DNA of 64,000 nt from Camelus dromedarius (taxonomy: Eukaryota): NCBI RefSeq assembly GCF_036321535.1, contig NC_087436.1:58840001-58904000 (forward strand). The letters run 5' to 3'. The position numbers and the translations under genes were made by a program. The notes below the pieces were generated by a model. The model saw only the letters and a program-made list of their open reading frames with translations, ran no database searches and was not told where the DNA came from. Below are positions 52,641 to 64,000 of this stretch, piece by piece (positions within the stretch are counted from its first letter, which is position 1; each line of letters opens with the position of its first letter).

Positions 52641-53389
52641 GTCTCTTGTGAAATAGTAATGAGCAAAGAAAACCACGATTCTTGGACTACCATCACCCTA
52701 CTAAGGCTCCTCCCATGGCTATAAGACAAAGTTTGTAAGAGAAGAACATCAACAAGAAGTTTTGTAGATTAAAAAAATCTTCATGAAATTGTTAAGACTC
52801 GTTACTTGGATTTGGAGAATATATAGGGATTGGACGGTTGAAGAAAATAACTGCAGACATGGCAAAAAAGTGAGAAAAGTCACAAAAGCACATATGAATA
52901 TGATGTGATCAAAAGGGGCAAAGCAAAATTCTTTAAAATATAAAATAAAAATAAGTGTTAAGATTGGTTAACGCCTGATTATCTGTGGCTTTAAATTGAT
53001 TTTGGGCAAAGGATTTCTGGTACAAACAGAAGATTAGTTAAATGTAGTCATTTACTCTTACTGCTAACCCTACATTAAAATGGGAATAATTAATTTTTAT
53101 ATGTGTGTGTGTGTGTACATGCACACACATGCATACATATGCCAGGACAAAAGAGAGAACAACTGGTGAGAAATTTCAACACAGTTTAAAAGAATATCAA
53201 GTTATTGGAGGTGCGATTATTGATATAACATAGGCAAGGAAGCTGCAGTGTGGGTATGTGTACCATATGACACCAAAATAAGAATTAAATTTATAAATAT
53301 TAAGTTCCCTTCCCTGACAGTGAAATGAACTATGAGAATAATAAGAAAAAATCTAGAAATCCCTATGTAAAACTATAGCCATAAAATTA

Positions 53390-55800
53390 TTTAAATAAAC
53401 ACTTAAAATATAACTCATGGATTAAAATCAAAAGGGAAATTAGAGAGTGTTTTGAATCAAATGAAAATAAAAACACCATATATAAAAATTTGCTGGATCC
53501 TGCTAAAGCAGTGATCAGAGGGAAATTTTAGCACTAAAAAAGTTTATATATCTGAAAAAAGATTTGTCTCAGATCAATAAGCTCAATTTATACCTTAGAA
53601 ACTAAATCCAGTCCTGATAAAATCTCCCAGAAACTGAGGAATAAAAAGCAATTTCCTCAATCCCATGAAGGGCACCAGTGAAAAACCTGCAAATAATTCA
53701 GTAGAGAAAGACCTTTTCCTCTAAGATGAAGAATACAGAAAAATTATGCCTTCTCTCATGACTTTTATTTAACATTATATTTGGGTTTCTACCTAGTGCA
53801 ATACGGTACAAGTCCTACAATTTGGAAAAGAAAAAGTTACAAGTCCTCCAATTTGGAGAAGAAAAAGTAAATCTATATTTGTGAATGAGACAAATGTCTA
53901 TATCACATAGCCAATGGAAAATACAAAATACACCCCCTCAACACTACCAGAACAATAAAGTGATCTTAGCAAGTTTGCAGAACATAAGATCAATATATAA
54001 TAATTGATTATAGTGCTACATACAGCAAAAATATTAGAAATTAGAATTTAAAAATATATAAAAGCTTGAAAAATTTAGAGATAAACATTACAAAATATGT
54101 ACCAGATCTGTACACTGGAAATTACATGACACTGCTGAAAAAAAAAACAAAACCTGAACACACAGAGTGGTCTACTATATTCAAGTGTGAGAAAGCTCGG
54201 TGTTATTAAGATGTCAAGTCTCCCCAGATTGGTTTATAGGTTTAATGCAAATGTAGTCAAATCCTAGCAGGATTTCTTTTTGTAGAAATTGACAAGCTGA
54301 ATTTAAAATTCATATAAATATGTAAAATACCTAAGAAAGTGAAAACAACTTTAAAGAGAACACATTTGGAGGATTACTATTCCATTATTTCAAGTCTTAT
54401 TCTGAAACTACCATAATCATAAAAGGGTGGGATTGGTATAAAAGATAGACAAATACACCAATGGAATAGAACAGGGTTCAAAAGTAGATTTATTAAAATA
54501 GAGTTGATTTTCAACAAAATTTAAAGATTATTCATGGGAGAAATGTTAGTCTTTTCAACAGATTATGCTGAAATAACTGTGTATATGTAAAACAAAACAA
54601 ACAAAAAAAGAGGGAACTGTAATCCACACTTAGTATAACTATAAGTAAAAAGTAACTTAAAAATGATCATAGACCTAAATATAAATTATAAAATTATACA
54701 ACTTCTATTAGAACACATAGGAGAAAATCTTTGTGACATTGGGTTAGTCAAAGATTTCTTCATATGATACCAAAAGCACAATCCATAAAGGGAAAAAAAA
54801 GGTACTGAATTTCATAAAAAAAGAATTTCCACTCTTTAAAAACACTCAAGAGAATTAAAAGCCAAGTCACATAGTGACAGAATATATTCCCAAACTGTGT
54901 ACCTGATTAAAAAACTTTTATCTAGAGTATGAAAAGAGCTCTGAAGACTCAATAATAAGAAAAGAAACAACTTTATTCTGGCAATATATTTGAACAGAAA
55001 GTTCATAAAAGTAGACATGTGAATGGCAAATATACATATGAAAAGATGTTAAACATCATTAGTAATGAGGAGAATACAAATTAAAATCACAATTTGATAC
55101 AACTATAAACATACAAGGTAGATACAGTCAAAAGACTGATGAGAATATGAACTGGGATTCTCATGTACTGCTGATGAGAATTTTAAATGGCACAACCACC
55201 TTGCAAAACTGGCAATTTCTTACAAAGTTTAAGAAGTACCTACTGTGGGATGCATCTATTATACTCTAAGATACTCAAGAAAAAATTTTAAAGTCCATAT
55301 AAAACTTATACACACTTATTCCTAGAAGCAGGGTGTTCTTTTTGCAATAGCTAAATCTGAAAAATCAACCCAAATGACTATTAATAGGTGAGTAGATAAA
55401 CAAATTGTGATATATACATACATGAACACTTTCTAGCAATAAATAGAAAAAGCAGTTATTACACATAAAAACATTGATAAATCTCAAAATAATTACACTG
55501 TGGAGAAAAATCCAGATTAAAAAAAATGAATTCATACTCTATGATTTCATTAAATGCAGACTAACATATAGTAACAAAAGAGATAAGTGGTTTCCTAGAG
55601 GTGGGTGAGGAGGAAGGATGTGAGGGAGAAATTACAAATAGGCATGAAGAAATTTGAGGGAGTAAAGGATATAATTCTTATCTTGACTATGGTGATCATT
55701 TTCCAGGTGTGTATGTAGGTGTGTGTATGTGTACAAATATTTTTTAAACTGTACATTTTAAATATATGCAGCTTAATGAATATTAAAATACATCAATAAG
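53390..55800 (+). mobile_element. LINE-1 ORF2 fragments and 3'UTR (L1MC/ME-like)
   Basis: aaatcaaaagggaaattagag..ttaagatgtcaagtctccccagattggtttatagg..gtagaaattgacaagctga..tatcttgactatggtgat. Confidence 0.85.
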
Positions 55801-56828
55801 AATATTTACAGACATAATTATGAAGACATAATTGCCAATAATTTTCTGAAATTGATGAATACTGTACTATTGTGCCACAAATTTAATCAACATCATGAAC
55901 CCAACCAGGTAAAACTCGCAAAAAACCTGGTTCATTCTGGTAAAATTGCTTAAGTGAAAGAAAAAGAGAAAATCATAGCAGCAGTTAAAGAAAAACAGAC
56001 ACACTGTTTTTAGAGGAGCAATAATAATATGGCAGATTGCCAGACAAAAATAATCAAGCCATGATCAGCGGAAAGTTACATTTATAATGCTGAAAGAAAA
56101 AAAAAATTAGAAAACTGCCATCCTAGATTTCTATACCCAGCAAATTGTTTTTAAAAATTTCCAAACACATTGAATATAAAAATAGAAAGGATTCATCAGT
56201 ACACCCTCAATACATTTCCTCAGGGCCATTTATAATCTCTCCTTCCCACCTTTCTCACGAACCTATACTCGGGAAACCACTGATCTGCTTTTTGTTACTA
56301 GAGAATAGTTTGCATTTTATGAAACTTTGTAAAGTGAAATCAGAATGTATTTTTAAGGTCCATTTTGAAATACAGGAAGAAAAAAAAATCCCATCCTTAA
56401 CTAAGTAATGACAAAATATTTTTGTAAACTTTTCTAGAGAAAAAATTAAGTTAATGAGAAACCACCCACCAACATAGCTAAAAGTAAACTACTGACAGCA
56501 CTAAGTCAGAACAAAAATGTAGGGAAGTTGGAACTCTTTACATACTCATAATGGAAGTAAAAATTATAATAATCACTTTGGAAGACTATTTGACAATTTA
56601 TTATGGTTTATTTTACAACCAAGTGATTTCATTCTTGGACACATATCTAAAATAAATGCATACATATACCTGAGAAAGGGCATATACAAGACTGTTCATT
56701 GTAGTATTATTTAAAATAGCTAAAATTTGCAAAGAAACCAAATGTCCATTCATATTAAGATGGATCAGTAAATTCTGGTATAACAAGTGATAAATAAGAG
56801 TAACAATAATAAATTAACTATAGCTACA

Positions 56829-57545
56829 GAGTTTTTATTATAAATGGATGTTGATTTTAAACAAAAGCTTTTTCTGCATCTATTGAGATGATCATATGGT
56901 TTTTACTCTTCAATTTGTTAATGTGGTATATTACACTGATTGATTTGTGAATATTGAAAAATCCTTGTATTCCTGAGATAAATCCCACCTGATCATGTTG
57001 TATGATACTTCTAATGTATTGTTGGCTTCTGTTTGGTAGGATTTTGTTGAGGATTTTTGCACTTATTTTCATCAATGATAGTGCCCTGTGAGTTTATTTT
57101 TAATGATATCTTTGCCTGGTTTTGGTATCAAGGTGATGGCAGTCTCATACAGTGAATTCAGAAGTATTCATTCCTCTTCAATTTTTTGGAATAGTTTCAG
57201 AAGGCTAGGTGTTAATTCTTCTCTAAATATTTGGTAGAATTCCCCTGTGAAGCCATCTGGTCCTGGACTTCTGTTTGTTGGGAGTTTTTAAATTACGGAT
57301 TCAGCTTCAGTCCTGGTTATTAGTCTGTTTATATTTTCTATTTCTTCCTGGTTCTTGGGAGATTGTTTCTTTCTAAGAATTTTTCCATTTCTTCTAGCTT
57401 GTCCATTGTATTGGTGTATAGTTGCTCCTAGTAGTTGCTCATGGTCCTTTGTATTTCTACGGTGTCATTTATAACTTCTCCTTTTTCATTTCTGATTTGA
57501 TTGATTTGGGCCCACTCCCTTTTTTTCTTGATGAGTCTGGCTGAA
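56829..57545 (-). mobile_element. Inverted 5' segment of a young LINE-1 (ORF2 Z/RT N-terminal part)
   Basis: ORF 56857..57075: [65 protein letters not shown]. Confidence 0.95.
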
Positions 57546-59925
57546 ATTCAATATCCATTTATGATAGAAACTCTCTAGAAAATGAGCACAGAGGAAACAT
57601 ACCTCAACATGATAAAGGCCATTATGACAAACCCACAACTAACATCATACTCAGTGGTGAAAAGCAAAAAGCATTCCTTTTAAGACCAGGAACAACACAA
57701 GGATGCCCACTCTCACCACTTTTATTCAACATAATTTTGGAAGTTCTAGCCACAGCAGTCAGGCAAGAAAAAGAAGTAAAAGAAATTAAAATTGGAAAAG
57801 AAGTAGTAAAGCTGTTATCATTTGCTGATGACATGATTCTATACATAGAAAATCCTAAAGATGCTACCAGAAAAGTACTAGAGCTCATCAGTAAATTCCA
57901 GAAAGTTGTAGGATACAAAATTAATACACAGAAATCTATTGCATGTCTATATAATAACAACAAAATATGAAAAAGAGAAATTAAGGAAACAATCCCATTT
58001 ACCATTACATCAAAAAGAATAAAATACCTAGGAATAAATCTACCTAAGGAGGCAAAAGACCTGTAATCTGAAAAGTATAAGATGCTGATGAAGGAAATTA
58101 AAGACAACACAAAGAGATGGAAAGATATACGATGTTCTTGGATTGGAAGAGTCAATATTGTTAAAATGACAATACTACCCAAGGCAATCTACAGATTCAG
58201 TGCAATCCCTATCAAATTACCAATGGCATTTTTCACAGAATGAGAGCAAAATTTTTAAAAAATTTGTATGGAAATATAAAGGTTCCTGAATAGCCAAAGC
58301 TATCCTAAGAAAGAAGAATAGAGCTGGAGGAATCAGACTCCCCGACTTCAGACTATACCACAAAGCTACAGTAATCAAAACCATATGGTATTGGTACAAA
58401 AACAGACACATAGATCAATGGAACAGGATGCAAAGCCCAGAAATAAACCCACACACTTATGGCCAATTAAACTCTGATAAAGGAGGCAAGAATATACAAT
58501 GAAGAAGAGGTAGTCTCTTCAATAAGTGATGTTGGGAAAATTGGAGAGCTACATGTAAATGAATGAAATTAGAACATTTGCTAACTCTATATACAAAAAT
58601 AAACTCAAAATGGATTAAAGATCTAAATGTAAGATGGAATACTGTAAAACTCCTAGAGGAAAACGTAGACAGAACAATCTGACATAAATCACAGCATTAT
58701 TTTTTTGGATCTGTCTCTTAGAGTAATGGAAATAAAAATAAAGATAAACAAATGGGATCTAATTAAACTGAAAAGCTTTTACACATTAAAGGAAACCATA
58801 AACAAAACAAAAAGACGACCTATCAAATGTGAGAAAATATTTGAAAATATTGTGACTGACAAGGGATTAATTTCCAAAATACATAAACAGCTCATACAGC
58901 TTGATATCAAAACAGCAAATTACTCAGTCAAAAATTGACAGAAGCCCTGAATATACATTTCTCCAAAGGAGACCTACAGATGGCTAACAGGCACATGAAA
59001 AGATGCTCAATACCGCTAATTATTAGAGAAATGCAAATCAAAACTACAATGAGGTATCACCTCACAATGGTCAGAATGGTCATCGTTAAAATATCTACAA
59101 ATAATAAATGCTGGAGAGGATGTGGAGAAAGGGGGACCCTCCTGCACTACTGGTGGGAATGTAAATTGGTGCAACAACTATGGAGAACAGTGTGGAGGTT
59201 TCTCAAAAAAACTAAAAATAGAATTACCATGTGATCTAACAATCCCACTCCTGGGCATGTATCTGGAGAATCTATAATTCAAAAAGATTCATGCACCGCA
59301 GTGTTCATACCAGCACTATTTACAACAGCTAAGACATGGAAGCAACCTAAATATCCATCAATAGATGAATGGATAAATATGTGTGTGTGTGTGTATGTGT
59401 GTGTCTGTATATATATATATACACACACACATATATATAAATAAATATATAATTGAATATTGTTCAGTCATGAAAAGGAATGAAATAATGCCATTTGCAG
59501 CAACATGTATGGACCTAGAGATTATCATATTAAGTGAAGTCAGTCAGACATAGAAAGACAAATATCATATGTTGCTTATTTGTGGAATCTAAAAAAATGA
59601 TACAAATGAACTTATTTACAAAACGGAAAAATACTCATACACACAGAAAGCAAACATGGTTACCAAAGGGGAGAGGTGGGGGAGGGATAGATTAGGAGTA
59701 TGGAATTAACATATACACACTACTATATATAAAATAGATAACCAAAAAGGACCTGCGTAGCACAGAGAACTGTAGTCAATACCTTGTAATAACATATAAT
59801 GAAAAAGAATCTGAAAAGAATATATATACATATGTGTGTGTGTGTGTATATATATATATAGTTGAATCACTTTGCTGTACACCTGAAACTAACACATTGT
59901 AAACAAATATACTTGAATTAAAAAA
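57546..59925 (+). mobile_element. Young LINE-1 ORF2 (RT, C-terminal cysteine-rich domain), 3'UTR and short poly-A; disrupted by stops and frameshifts
   Basis: [40 protein letters not shown]; 3'UTR ending gaatcactttgctgtacacctgaaactaacacattgtaa; TSD aactata(g/a)ctaca. Confidence 0.95.
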
Positions 59926-60279
59926 AACTATAACTACACGCAACAACATAAATTTCATAAATACTAAAGTAAAATAAGGCAAACACAAAAGTACATACAT
60001 GTGATTCTACTTATATAGACTTTAAAAGGAGCTAAAGGTATTACTGTTTCTTAGAAGTCAGAGTGGTTTTTGCACTGATGCAGGAGTATGGGGATGTTTG
60101 TGTATGTTTGCTTTGTTTGTGGGAGGACTTCTGCAGTGCTGGTGATCCTCTTTTTTTGATATGCGTGGTGGTTACACATGTGTTCAAATTGTAAATGTTT
60201 ATTGAACTGTGTACCATTTTTGTATTTTCTTTATATATGCTATACTTTAATTATTAAAGTTTTTAAAATGACATTTTAG

Positions 60280-61150
60280 TATAAAATAAGATCAATCAAG
60301 TAATAAGAAAAAGTTCTTGGGAAATGAACATATAACAGCAAAGAAAATCAATAGAATATTTTAATGATAAAGTTCAGAAAATCTCACTAAAATAAAACAA
60401 AGTTAAATGTTATGGAAAATAGAAAATAAATGTTAAGAAAAATCAGAGCATTAGTACAGACAGCAATATCTAATTCTAGGAAAGGAGAAAAAACTGAGGA
60501 AAATTATTAAATAAATAACGTTAGAAAAAAATTAGAATTTAGGAGCATGTATAGCCAGATTAAAAAGTCTCTAAGTCTTTATCTGAATCTTTAGCACTGT
60601 TAATAAAAAAGGACCAGCAAGTCACAATGCTATAAAATTTCAGAATATCAAAATATAGAAGCAAAATTCCAAAATTTTCCAAAAAGAATAAAAATCATAT
60701 ACAAAATATATGATTTAAAATGGAATTGTTAACCACATAGTAATGTATAAAATTACATCACAAAGCCTTTAAAATCCTATATTAAAACATTTAAAAATGT
60801 ATATACATCCTACACTAAAACAAACTACCAATCACTTTGAGGGTAAAACAATTATTTTTAGACATTAAATTTCTCAAAATATTTAGTCCTCATGCATACT
60901 TTTTCAGGTGATACGGCAAAAAGAGAGAGTAAACCAAGGAACGAGAATGTATGAAATTTTAGAAACAGGATCCATCACAGGAGAGAAATGAAGAAAAGTA
61001 TCAGAATGATAGCTGGGCAGTGGATATAGACAGTAATTCTAGTGGAAAAGGGAGGGCTTCTGAAGTGGAGTTTCTGGGAAAGAGAATAAATGGAACAGAT
61101 GTGATCAAGCATAGTGACTTACAACATTAAGTAGAAGACAGGTACTATAA
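60280..61150 (+). mobile_element. HAL1-like remnant
   Basis: A-rich ORF1-like text, then gagagtaaaccaagg..agaaacaggatccatcacaggagaga..cagaatgatagctgggcag. Confidence 0.55.
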
Positions 61151-61239
61151 CACGTGAAACAGGATAAGCAATACACTGAAAAGTACGATAGCTTATTTTA
61201 AGTGTTCTTTTCAGATTTTTTCTTATATCCAAATGTTAA

Positions 61240-62220
61240 AATACCCACAACCCAGTACTTTAACCTTTTCTTTAATTAAGGATTATAGCTGAAATACTAC
61301 TAGGAAAATTTAAATATCACTTAACATTCTAGACCTCTCTCATTAACTGCAGATTCAAACGTCTAATTGCCCACTGTACATTTCTACTTGAATGACTAAT
61401 AGACATTCAAAACCTAACATTTCAGAAACTGAAATCCAGATCTTCACCCCCAAATCTGCTTTATCTGTCACCTTCTATAACTCAGTTGATGGCAATTTTA
61501 TCCTTACAATTGTTTGAGTCAAAAAAACCCAAAGTAATATTTAGTTTGTCCTTTTATCTTGTATCCTAAATCCCACCCATCAGCATGTATACCTCTCAGA
61601 GCTATCTTTTAAGTTTAATCCTAAATCTGACCACCTCTTATGGAGCATCTCCCTTACTACTGTTGGACTCCATATGCCACTGAAATTGTTTCCTAATTGA
61701 TGTTCTTGCTTTAGCCCTTGACTTCCCTTCATTCTATACATGGAAGGCAGAAAGCAACTTTCTAAATGCAGATATGTGCATAACGTTTGTCTGCTCAAAA
61801 TTATATAAAATATAAGTAAATTAGAAAACACCATGGCCAACTAAAGAAACACAAATGAGCAGGTCCCTGGCTCTAATCCATGCTTCATTTCTTATTGCCT
61901 TGCTCCCTCCCATTTATTCACTGAACTTCAACTCCACTGGTTATGCTGTTTCTAGAACATATGAAACATTCCTTAAAGTCTATGCCAGTTATTCCCTTAG
62001 TGTCCTATCTAAATACCACTTCCCTCCAGCATCCTCTTAATATTTATTGCCTTCTCATATTAAGTTGCATATTGGGGTTGGTATTTTATTTATCACTGTT
62101 CCTTTCTTCTCAATTCACAATGTAAGATTTTTAAAGGCAGAGATTTTATCTTTTAACTGTTGTGTCCCTAGTGTTTAGAACATACAGTAGACATTTAGTA
62201 AATATTTGTTGAATAAATTA
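61240..62220 (+). mobile_element. L2 LINE 3' portion
   Basis: ctctagacctctc..tttctacttgaatgactaatagacattcaaaacctaacat..; 3' end cagtagacatttagtaaatatttgttgaataaat. Confidence 0.88.
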
Positions 62221-64000
62221 TCTTATTTTCTCTCATGGTGATGTAACATGTAAATATGACTTACTCCTTTGTTATCTGTGGTGAAGAGCTAGTTAGAAGC
62301 AAAGAAATTGAAAGAGAATAACTGTAAAATTGTTTCAGAGTCTCCATGCTATCTATTCTGTTTGGCAAGATTCTTCCAAGTTTCCATATAAGAAGAGGAA
62401 GGAGATAGTTCTGTCAATCATTTAGAGAGGGAGATTATGCAGGATGTCACACAGGCAAACCAATATTCATCCAACCTAATGCACTCAACTAAGTAGGTTT
62501 TGTTACTGTTTTGAGGGATTGGCCTTAGGGATTTTCTCCTTATATCCCATACGCTCAATCTTGAGTGTAAAAAGGCCTAAGTGTGAGAATCAATGAGAGC
62601 AAGTAAGGAAAAAGAACAGAGCCTTTCTAATAAAGAATTTGATTTCGAAATTATTCAGATATCTATACACCACTCAAACATTTAGATAAATATTAAGGAT
62701 ACAAAGAGCAACCAACAGCTTGTTTCTATTCAGTGATACAAATGAACAGTCCTGTTTCAAATAGATCTCATTTATTCTTAATGTTTTATTTAATGTATAA
62801 AGAATCATTTGGAAATATTGCAAGATTAAAACAACTTAAAAATACTTTAAACCCAGTATCCAAAATAGTAGAAATTTTCTTTGTTTACATAATTATACAA
62901 AAATATTATTAATGTTTTTCTCTGTGGTAAATTGAAACAGGAGGTGAGGAGAAATAGATATACCTCATTAGTATTTAGAAGCAGTAAGAATAAAGTCAGT
63001 TATACAGTTGGACAAGTATTTATCTGATTTGATTTTCCTTTCCTTCTGATGCATATGTACTGTATCAGTTATAGTATGAAAAGGAAATTGTACCTATGTT
63101 TTATTTTCCCCTGGTGATTAAACTGGTTCCTGATCTAACATTCTTGTCACCTTACTTACCAATGCATAGTAAGGTCCTTACAACGTTTTTAAGCTGTTAA
63201 CATGCAAATAGTTTTCTCCTAAAGAAAAAAATTGATGTGTCTTTTCTTAGTGAAATGCTTATACTTTTGCAAATGTCAAAATCTAGAAGAAACTCATAAA
63301 CTATTACAGTGATGTATAAACGAAGATAAATATTTTCCCTCATTTTGGCGATTACAACAGCAGTTTTTGTTTTTGTTTTTGTTTTTGATTTTTTAAAATT
63401 TTTTAATTTAAAATGATCACTTCAAATTTATTATAAAAATTTGCTTCATTGTTTTATAAAATTATCTAAGTGAACATTTAGTGTAGCTTATGCTGTATTA
63501 TGTAGAAATATCTTGCCATTATTAGACATTCTCTTTGTATCCTAAGTAAAATGTTGATAGGAAACAATCTGAAAAATTTGATGAAACCAGATTGATTGAT
63601 TTGTCACATAATGTTGAAATGTATCTGAGTGACAGTTATAGAGAATGAGATATTTTAATTTTTATTTTCCTTTTCCTTTTGAGGCAGGAAAAGCATGGTC
63701 ATAATGTGTATGTATGTTCTTTGGTCTACTCTGGGGTTCAATTCGAAGAGGAAATATTTACCAAGGACATTTAAATGGATACACTCTCCACCTATCTCTA
63801 TGTTTGTTTTAAATTGTTTTTAAAAGTAGGTCCTCAATTATGGATGCTGGTACATAAATATCTCAATATAGTCATTGATACTTCCTCAGGCCTTCCCACT
63901 AGTGACCCATGTAAGTTAGGAAAAGGGACATAATTTTAAGGATTGATTTTCAGAAAGAGGGGACAAAAACCCCACAGACGTATGTGGTATCTCAGAAGAT

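Larger units (their letters stand above)
56430..60270 (+). mobile_element. Old LINE-1 3'UTR (56430-56828 and 59939-60270) hosting the inverted L1
   Basis: ggaactctttacatactc..aaccaaatgtccatt; resumes after the TSD with atacatgtgattctacttatatag..gtggtggttacacatgtg. Confidence 0.75.

Noticed and set aside
57622..58182. Longest ORF (186 aa, minus strand, hydrophobic)
   Set aside because: It is the antisense reading of L1 ORF2, a common spurious ORF
59379..59450. (TG)n-(TA)n-(CA)n foldback
   Set aside because: An ordinary microsatellite expansion at a usual position in the L1 3'UTR
1..64000. A previously undescribed biological system
   Set aside because: Nearly all structured signal is explained by known mammalian transposable-element biology; the remaining candidates are weak and need external data

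Overview
This is AT-rich, CpG-poor eutherian mammalian genomic DNA, intronic or intergenic. The 3' UTR of the youngest LINE-1 resembles the cetartiodactyl type. I found no recognisable protein-coding gene, RNA gene, CRISPR array or CpG island. The ORF track is explained by LINE-1/ERV remnants, microsatellite translation and chance ORFs. By eye, close to half of the window is LINE-1/HAL1. The remainder holds MaLR/ERVL/ERV1 LTR remnants, MIR, L2 and hAT/Tigger MITEs, separated by unique blocks. The best-supported structures are (1) a twin-primed, 5'-inverted L1 with a 13-bp TSD and an overlap duplication (56816-59938), (2) a three-level nested insertion of ERV1 internal > MLT1 LTR > several L1 3' ends (10170-13545), (3) an ERVL/LTR16 remnant in an apparently tandem-provirus order (32080-34850), and (4) several internally deleted L1s that keep their 5' ends. 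A few splice-signal-bounded candidate exons and one recursive-splice-like motif are flagged at low confidence. I see no credible previously undescribed biological system. Repeat family names come from my recall of consensus sequences, not a database search, and boundaries are approximate unless a TSD or TIR is given.
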